Shown piece after piece: positions 56,234-64,000 of a stretch of DNA of 64,000 nt. The stretch is from Chrysomallon squamiferum. Lineage: Eukaryota; Animalia; Mollusca. The notes beneath the pieces are model-generated. The model was not told where the DNA came from, did no database searches, and was given only the letters and a program-made list of their open reading frames with translations. Numbering within the stretch: the first letter of the stretch is position 1; each line of letters starts with the position of its first letter. The DNA is taken from contig CM022678.1 in assembly GCA_012295275.1 (NCBI GenBank), positions 17,608,001 to 17,672,000 on the forward strand, given 5' to 3'. Both the position numbers and the translations under genes were made by a program.

Positions 56234-57834
56234 GAAATAGTCACATTTATTTTAGTATCTATGAAAGATTAAATCAAAAATTTGTAATAATTTTGCATTT
56301 CTGTAATTAATTCTTAATATATTCTGATCATATGTTTCTGAGTAATTGTTTTGTTACCTGACCTCAATCTTTTATAACAATAAAGTATGTTGAAAGAATA
56401 ACAAGGTTGGGTACATGTTTAGAAGCAGTCATAATTTCCATTATTTTCATTTATATTATTAACTTTATTACTATTACTACTACTACTGTTATTATTATTG
56501 TTATTATTATTACAAAACTATTATTACTACTATTACTATTATTATTGTTCTTGTTGTTAACGTTGCTGTTGTTATTATTATTATTAATACCATCACTGTT
56601 TATAGAAGACAAAGGATGGTTATGAGTCAGTGCTGTCACCAGTTCCAGCCACCATTGATGTTTTCTCAGTTAAAATGTGGAGCAGTAAGGAAGTAAAAAC
56701 CTGGTTACTGAAAAACAATATTACAAGGTAATCTTCTTAGAAGCTGGAATGGGATATTAGGTTTTAAAATATAACTTTGATGATAAGAACAAATTATATA
56801 AATGTATTTTACGTAATTTGAAGATATTATTTTAATTTGTTGTTAATAGAAACCAAATTTTACCATTCTGTTAAACAAATTTTATGTGGGACCAAATGAT
56901 TATTTAATGTAAAAAAATGAACACTAATCTTTGTTAATAATAAATTATGCTATCAGAATTATTGTTCTGCAAAGAGCACATGCATATACTGATATTATCA
57001 ATTTTTTATGTGATGTCATTTCATGCCATGAATGTAAAAAGAAATCTATAGTGACTATGGAATATGACTACTTTTTATGATTTACTCAGTCTGTTATGTT
57101 TTATTCAGATATTTTAACAAAACAGTGTAAGTATGTTAGAAGATTGGTAGTAATTTTACATCTCTATAATTAATTCTGAATACAAGTTGATGTCAGGATT
57201 TGATCTCTGAGCCTGTTAGTTTAAAGATGTGGATTAATCATGTTAAAATGTGAGATTTTGTGTGTGTGTTCTTTAATGCAATATTTCACTCATATTTCAT
57301 TGATTTATTTGAAATCTTCTGAATTTTATTTTAGTGAAAGTCTTCATACTTTGACAGGAAAGGAGGTGATATTTCTGAAGAATGTAAAACGGCAGGTAAA
57401 CAGATTGAATCTTAAAATGTAATATTACTACAGTGGTGACAAACGATTAGCTTCATCATTGCAGAATGATTAATGATTATTGTCCTAAATTATGAAATTT
57501 ATCAGTATATACATTGTCTCAGGAAAAAGCCTGAAATATCTCATACATTTCTGTTTCACTTGTTTTTGTTTTCTCTTTGATCATCTTACTTTTGTATTAG
57601 CTGGGTTTTTTCACCTCTCTCTCTCTGTCTCTCTCTCTCTCTGACATTCTTTCAAGATACATGAAATTCTGTGACTATCTATTTTAGTAATTTTATATGT
57701 TAATTGAAATATTATATTTATTTCAGGCACCTGAGTTTTACTACCAGACTTTGAAGAAAGAATTAAGACTGAAGTCTATAAACAGCATCATGGAATTCAC
57801 TAATCTTCTCAAAACTATTCAACAACAAAGATGA
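50189..57834 (+). CDS. ARM-repeat / TIR / SAM-like domain protein (~859 aa with microexon, 853 aa without)
   Basis: Exons 50189-51325, 51787-51888, 52751-52955, 53561-53671, 54175-54369, 54924-55217, 55704-55930, 56606-56727, (57109-57126), 57335-57395, 57727-57834; all GT-AG and phase-consistent, ending TGA. ARM-like segments: LIYNIASVDSN, LARNDANKRQLVEEGCLPLL, VWLLSFDDDNK, GFLWTL. TIR: VMISYQ..GFQVWMD..STLQAMADAV..VVMCVSSKYKHSPHCRVEAEYA..IIPLIM..YQPDGWL. SAM-like: WSSKEVKTWL..LTGKEVIFL. Confidence 0.9.
54924..55217 (+). CDS. TIR domain exon 1, preceded by a polybasic linker
   Basis: Reads KTFYRKKKVKKLKRKKKSKVRSIAMTTGQVMISYQRNDEKKLVRVRDVLKENGFQVWMDVDDVGVSTLQAMADAVDDSTVVVMCVSSKYKHSPHCRV. Confidence 0.92.
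55704..55930 (+). CDS. TIR domain exon 2
   Basis: Reads EAEYAAEQNKRIIPLIMEHGYQPDGWLDIMLDAKPFHDFSGKYPFE. Confidence 0.92.
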
Positions 57835-60461
57835 TATGTCTGTCATTTTGTGTAATGTTTGACATTATTTCTTTTCTTTCTTACTGTTGGTTTGTTCTTT
57901 CTTTCCATCCAAGATTTGTTCTGATGCAAATTCTCCCCATTTGTTCCTTTGTTGCCATCAGTTTCATTTTTCTTGGGATTATTATTATTTTTATTATTAT
58001 TACTGTTATTATATTGTTATTATTATTATTATATTACTATTATGTTATTGTTTTATTTATTTCATTAGGTAGTTTGTTATCATTACTATTATTTCTATTA
58101 TTATTATTATTAGTATAATTATTATTTTTCCTTTTCTATTTCTTTTTAAAATAATAATTTCTCTCTCTTTCTCATCATATATCCGTTTCTTTTTCTTCGG
58201 CAAGAAGCAATATTAAACAGTATCAATGCATTTACTTATACACCTATTTCATATTACAGAATTTTTCTGATATTTATTGATCTATATTCAGTTTTTACAT
58301 GAAATTTGTGTTCATAAGTCTTATACAGTAAAATATTTATTTTGTTAAGTAGTTGAAAATTCAGGTGTTTTTTTTACAGGAAATGGGATGCTGGCAATCC
58401 CATCAGTCAAAGCTTTATGTTTCAGTTCACTTTTGATAGGTGAATTTTTATTAAAAGATAGTAATTCAAACGTTTTGTCTTTGTTATTTTTTATTTAAAC
58501 TTTGTTATATTTACAAGTTTTACTACATCTACAAGACTCTTTCCAACTAAATAACAAAGAAAAAAGAAAAGCTGATTATTTAGCCTCCTTATCTCTTATT
58601 TTATTTATTAAAATGAGTTAACTGTTTGGATCCTGCTCATTTTTTAAATTAAAAGCCAGGAAATCAACACTATAAAATACACATTCCACAAACTAGCAAT
58701 AACAACATGAGGCACCATTATGAACGAAATTGGTTGAGTATAAAATTGGGCCAAGGAGCATACACACTTAATCTTTGCTATACAAGAAAACCTGACAATG
58801 GTCGCCAAAGAGTTAAACATTTTGTTAACTCTTTTGGTGCCAGATTTTAGCACAGCATGCACTTACCAGTTAGGTGTTGTGGTGAAAGTTACCTATTTTA
58901 CCTCTACTGTATATAAAAACCAGTGAGTTAGGTTGATATATCTCACCAGCAGAACAGATATGGTTAAACATTCATTTCTCTACATGTGTACTAAGATATG
59001 GTACTAAGATATCCATGCTTACAAATATAATGTATAATATATATATATAAACTTGGTTAAATGAAAAAAAACAACACACAAACAGACTCAACAAAGTTTA
59101 TTACAATCTATGACATCACTAACACAGATTTATTGCACATTGCCCCATACAAAATTTGATGATGTTAACAGATATGTACACTTAATGTACTAACAACAGT
59201 ATTTTCCAGTTCTAAACAGCTGTGACAGTAAAAATGTGACCTGGCAATATGAATGCAAAATGAGAAGCAAATGTCACATGACTGAATTATTAAACCTGAT
59301 TGGTTGGAAAAATGTGTTCATGGAAAAAAAAAAAAAATTAAAATCAAAATTAATTGGCTATAATTAGTGTGTGCATGTGTGTGTGTGTTGTAAAACCTTT
59401 GTGGTTAGATATTATTCACAAAAAAAGAAAAGAAAACCAACTTATTGATTGTAATTAATCAAAATAAAGAAACCCTGATTGGTTGGCTATAATTAGTTCA
59501 ATGACATACACAAATCTGATTGGCTGGCTATAATTAGCTCACAAAATAAATGTAAATAAAAACATTTAACTCACAAGTTAATTAATTTGTCTGTATCTCA
59601 AGTGAAAACATTGCTTGTCTTTACTCAAAATGATTCACCTTGCAAACATTCAGTGATTATTTTACAAATTTTGGATCAGAAACAAGCTAATGAAATATTA
59701 AATAAAATGTTAAAAATTACAACATTTTTGGATTTTACCAACCAAAGTTAGTTTCAGAATCTTGATTTTGAGTTTTACAGATTTACTGATTCTATCTTCC
59801 TCTGCAAGTTAGAAATAGCTACAGAAAAGATTTCTAGACACTGATTATAATATAGACTTTTAAATCTAAAAAAAATAAAAGGAAAAAAAGGTATAACAAA
59901 ACTTTTGACAATTTTAGGTTGTTAATAAAGGTTTTGGAATGGTTACATTTCTGGAATGATAAGTACATTTGTAGCAAAGACCTTTAAAGCATATACAACA
60001 GATTAATTATGGATGAACAACTGAGAAATCATCAACTAAAATCAATTATTTGTGTGTGTGAGAGAAGGGATGTATCTGTCTGTCTGTCTAGGTGCCCTGA
60101 ATAAGAGTTCTGAGACAGTTTAAATAGCATCATATCTTGTCATACTATACTTTGTTATATGGAACATTGATTCAGTTACATTTATGTCACATGTAAATAC
60201 TTAACAACTAATTTTTCTTTTCATAATAACAATTTTCTGATAAGTTTTAGCACCTGCTACAAAAGACTGTCATAGTTACATATGTAAACAAGATAACTAA
60301 CCATTGATGGATTTGTTTTAAACCATTATGAATGCACACAAAAATGTGAAGTAAAACATTTTCATAAACTGTACTCCAGTCAAAATGTTTATTCTGTGAA
60401 ATCCAAGAAGAAAATAAAAAAATATAAATAAAAATAAAAATAATAATAATAATAATAAAAG

Positions 60462-60524
<63 letters not shown>

Positions 60525-60642
60525 GTATATACAAGATGTAATTTAATTATCTTGCCAATTAATTTTTATTTTAAGTAAATCTGTCATTAAGTGATTTAAT
60601 TTTTATTTAAATTTAATAAACTGTGCTGTGATAGTAACAGAA

Positions 60643-60703
60643 ACAGTCTGAGGTAGAGTATTTGTCTGAGGAACTCAAGGTTGTGAGTTCAAATCTGAGA
60701 TCA
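60643..60703 (+). mobile_element. Possible decayed tRNA-derived SINE head
   Basis: tRNA-like layout agtctgaggtagagt...aaggttgtGAGTTCAAATCt, with a B-box-like motif at 60685-60695. No intact cloverleaf. Confidence 0.35.
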
Positions 60704-61369
60704 AAATATATATATATATTTTATTATTTTTTTGTTTCTTTTTTTACAACATCAACATATTTGCAGAAATGTTAAAAATTTGGATAAATAAATAAATAAA
60801 ATAAAATAATATAAAAATATAAATTAATCAATCAGTAAATATAAATAAAATAAAATAAAATAAATTAAATAAGAAGAATAAATAAATTAATAAATTTATT
60901 AATTAATTAATTAATCAGTAAATATAAATAAAATAAAATAAAATAAAATAAAATAAGAATAAATTCATCAATAATTAAATAAGCAGTATGTTTCAGAATT
61001 ACATCATACACTGCAAAATATAACCGTTTATTAATTTTATTTTTTAAATTTAATTATACACTGTGTATTTGACATTTTAATTTTCCATAATAATAATAAT
61101 AATAATAATACAAACAATACAAAAATCAGACAGAGTGATGGGTTTTTTTAATATCACAATGCATTTTTAAAAATGTAATAAATTTTCTAGCAAAAACCTA
61201 GACAGATGTTGCAGAATGATAGACTGGATGCCAGGTGATTTCAGATAACAAAAACAGTTTGTTTTATAACAGATATATTACAATACAGTAATTCGTATAA
61301 CAATAATTGTATATATTACTATTCAAAAACAAAAAAAAAAATAATAAAAAATAAGTAGAAAAACCCCCA

Positions 61370-61650
61370 AAACAGATTGTATGCATAAATTATGACATAA
61401 CATAAAACAATTTTTGCAATACCATCAATACTTTAATGATTACAAATAATGACAGACTGTATGCAGGGCATTTTAAAATGAAATACATATGTAATAATGT
61501 AGTCAGTATTTTAAGTGATCGTAAATGAATGCAGACTGTATGCAAGGCATTTTAAAATAAAACAAATCATTGACTACAACTATTATAGTCAATACATTAA
61601 TGATAATAAATGATGCTAGACTGTTTGCAGGGAATTTTCAAAACGTATTC
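61370..61650. repeat. Degenerate ~80-bp tandem repeat downstream of the MTMR9 stop
   Basis: agactgtatgcagggcattttaaaat-like core near 61454, 61533 and 61618, with weaker copies near 61880 and 62035. Confidence 0.65.
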
Positions 61651-62119
61651 ATTGACTTATAAATATTCACCTAAAATGGTCATTTTTGTAACAGCATCAT
61701 AAAACCTTGTACTTAATAAAGACTAACAATGAATTAAATATTTGAACAATATAATAAATCTGAGATGACATATAGTTATAGATGGTTTTATGAGTATTTT
61801 GAAAAGCATAAAGCTTGTAGTTGACAACTATGCATTTTTACAGCTAATTCACTTTTCTTTTTCTTTTTTTTTAGAATTATAGACTGAATGCTGGCCATTT
61901 TAAAAAAATTTCTAAGCCACATGCAAAACATATTAAATAAATAAATAATTCTAATAAATTTTATAAAGTATTATTTCATTGGCTGTATCTTGAAAAAAAC
62001 CAGCATAACACACTAATACATCATCTTAATAGATAGACTGTACGCTTGGCTTTTTGATTATTTTCAGAAGCTACAAGGCAATGTTACTAACAAATAAATA
62101 AAGTTCATCTAGGATGTGT

Positions 62120-62158
62120 CACCTGTGTAACACCTGTGTAACACCTGTGTAACACCTA
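62120..62158. repeat. 11-bp tandem repeat (cacctgtgtaa) x3.5
   Basis: Directly visible just 3' of the MTMR9 stop codon. Confidence 0.85.
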
Positions 62159-62176
62159 TATAATACAGGTAAGTAA

Positions 62177-62266
62177 TTAATGTTCATTGTTCTCTGGCCC
62201 ATCCTCTGTAGATGGTGCGATCACCCCAGCCATCAAACCTTCTTTTTCTAGACTAGCCAGTTGTCT

Positions 62267-62340
<74 letters not shown>

Positions 62341-62451
62341 TAAAAATGTTAAGTATATGAGTATTATTATTTGTGACTGGAAAGTGTTAAGAAAAGAACA
62401 ATACCAGAGATGATGATGATGATGATAAACATAATAATAACAGAGATGATG

Positions 62452-62490
<39 letters not shown>

Positions 62491-62828
62491 TTACTAGAGA
62501 TGTTTATAATAATAATAATAGTAATAGAAATGAATATAATAATAATAATAATAATGTTGCATAATGTTTTAAGTTTAAAGTAATACCTTCTCAATTTTGT
62601 GACCTTTGACCTCAGCTCTTTATCATATTCCCTAATCTTTGCAATCTCTGACCAAGCCTCCTGTTCAGGTCGAAGGTCAACTTGGCTTCTGAGATATAAC
62701 CCACTCCATAGGGTCTGTAAAAGAAAACAAAATGAAAAAGAACAGAAAGTCAAAATAAGGACATTTGTAACAGACATACATTGATATATCAGTGTACAAT
62801 TGTATTTACACACATACAGATATATATA

Positions 62829-62898
<70 letters not shown>

Positions 62899-62964
62899 GA
62901 TATATCCATAAATGTTTCAACAAAAGATCTTAACTGTGAAAATATGTGGGAATTCAGTGACAAT

Positions 62965-63013
<49 letters not shown>

Positions 63014-63899
63014 GGGGGAGAGGGGGAGACGTGGAGAGGGGGAGAGAGACACAGAGAGGGAAAGAGTATAAGAAATAAAAACAAAGACAGAGCCAGATAG
63101 AGAGAGACACACAGACAGACTGACATACCAAACTCTGAGGTGCCACAGAAGGCCAGATCACAGCTGGATTGGGGTCATACATTGGATTCAAATACTGCTG
63201 AATAATCTCAGGTCTGTTAATGTAAGACCTGAAAAACAAAAACATCTCCACAAACTTAAATCTTCATAATGTCCTGCATGAAGTGCCATGGAAACATAGC
63301 AATGGTTTTATTTAATTTTTAAATATTTATATTAACAGTTCACATACGTTTGGTTAAAAATGAGAATAATTAGAATAAAAACCTATTCTGTGTTTAATCA
63401 TCTATTCAGAATCATTACAACACTGGTAAAAAAATAATTATAAAATATTTCAAAAATTACTTTTAGTGCTATAAATAGAAAAGCATATCAAAATATTTAG
63501 CTATAATTAAGAAATATTTTGTCAAAGATTCTTACTTATCATTACTAGTATAATTATCATTAATGGTACTAAAATTTATCAATACTAGTACTAAAAATTA
63601 CCATTACTCGTATACTAAATGGCATCGTTACTGGTATTAGAATACATCTTTAAAAGTTATGATTATTTATATAAAAGTTATCTTGAAAATTTATCATTAT
63701 TGATACAAGATTTCTAAGATGGTCACATCTCTGTCACTCTTGAATACTGAGACTACAATAACAACTGGTTACTGGTTGTGTTTCTGCTGCTGTGTTTCCT
63801 GTCAAATGTTAAAATATTTTAATATTTACCACAAAGAGACAGTTCGCTTTGACAGTTTGTGTGATGCTCTGTCTCTTTCCGAATCACACATGAACGTTC
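62177..63899 (-). CDS. MTMR9: Myotubularin-related protein 9, last four coding exons; gene continues beyond the right edge
   Basis: Exons 63830-63899, 63129-63228, 62587-62714, 62177-62264 (TAA). Reads [79 protein letters not shown], matching the MTMR9 signature [11 protein letters not shown] and its C-terminal coiled coil. Confidence 0.93.
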
Positions 63900-64000
63900 C
63901 TGTAAGAAAATCACAAACATTTTATAACATCTTCATTTCATTTCAAACTCTTACTGTTTGACTTTTACAAGTGTTACTATTGTTAAGCTTGTTAAATTTA

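Noticed and set aside
50189-57834. Calling the TIR gene SARM1
   Set aside because: Domain order differs (TIR before a single SAM-like domain) and SARM1-specific TIR motifs such as FISYRR and DWVHKE are absent.

Overview
AT-rich, microsatellite-laden animal genomic DNA with GT-AG introns. It is invertebrate and resembles a mollusc/octopod genome (inference). Five intron-containing genes were reconstructed by hand from splice sites and reading phase: (1) RNGTT mRNA capping enzyme, minus strand, 5' 12 coding exons, running off the left edge; (2) CMC1 twin-CX9C protein, plus strand, complete, 151 aa, head-to-head with RNGTT; (3) a ~2,700-aa schnurri/HIVEP zinc-finger gene, minus strand, 5' end not found; (4) an ~859-aa ARM-TIR-SAM-like protein, plus strand, complete, divergent from schnurri; (5) the last four exons of MTMR9, minus strand. 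RNGTT has 2 apparent frameshifts and schnurri has 4, most likely consensus indel errors. The best novelty candidate is the TIR gene: a SARM1-like domain set in permuted order, an intact putative catalytic Glu, an N-myristoylation motif, polybasic patches and a candidate 18-nt microexon. A kappaB/CRE motif cluster lies between it and schnurri, whose family binds kappaB sites. Other oddities are a periodic array of RFX X-box-like palindromes, a repeat-spacer-like array and repeated tandem duplications of splice-junction sequence. Most short ORFs in the supplied track are microsatellite translations.
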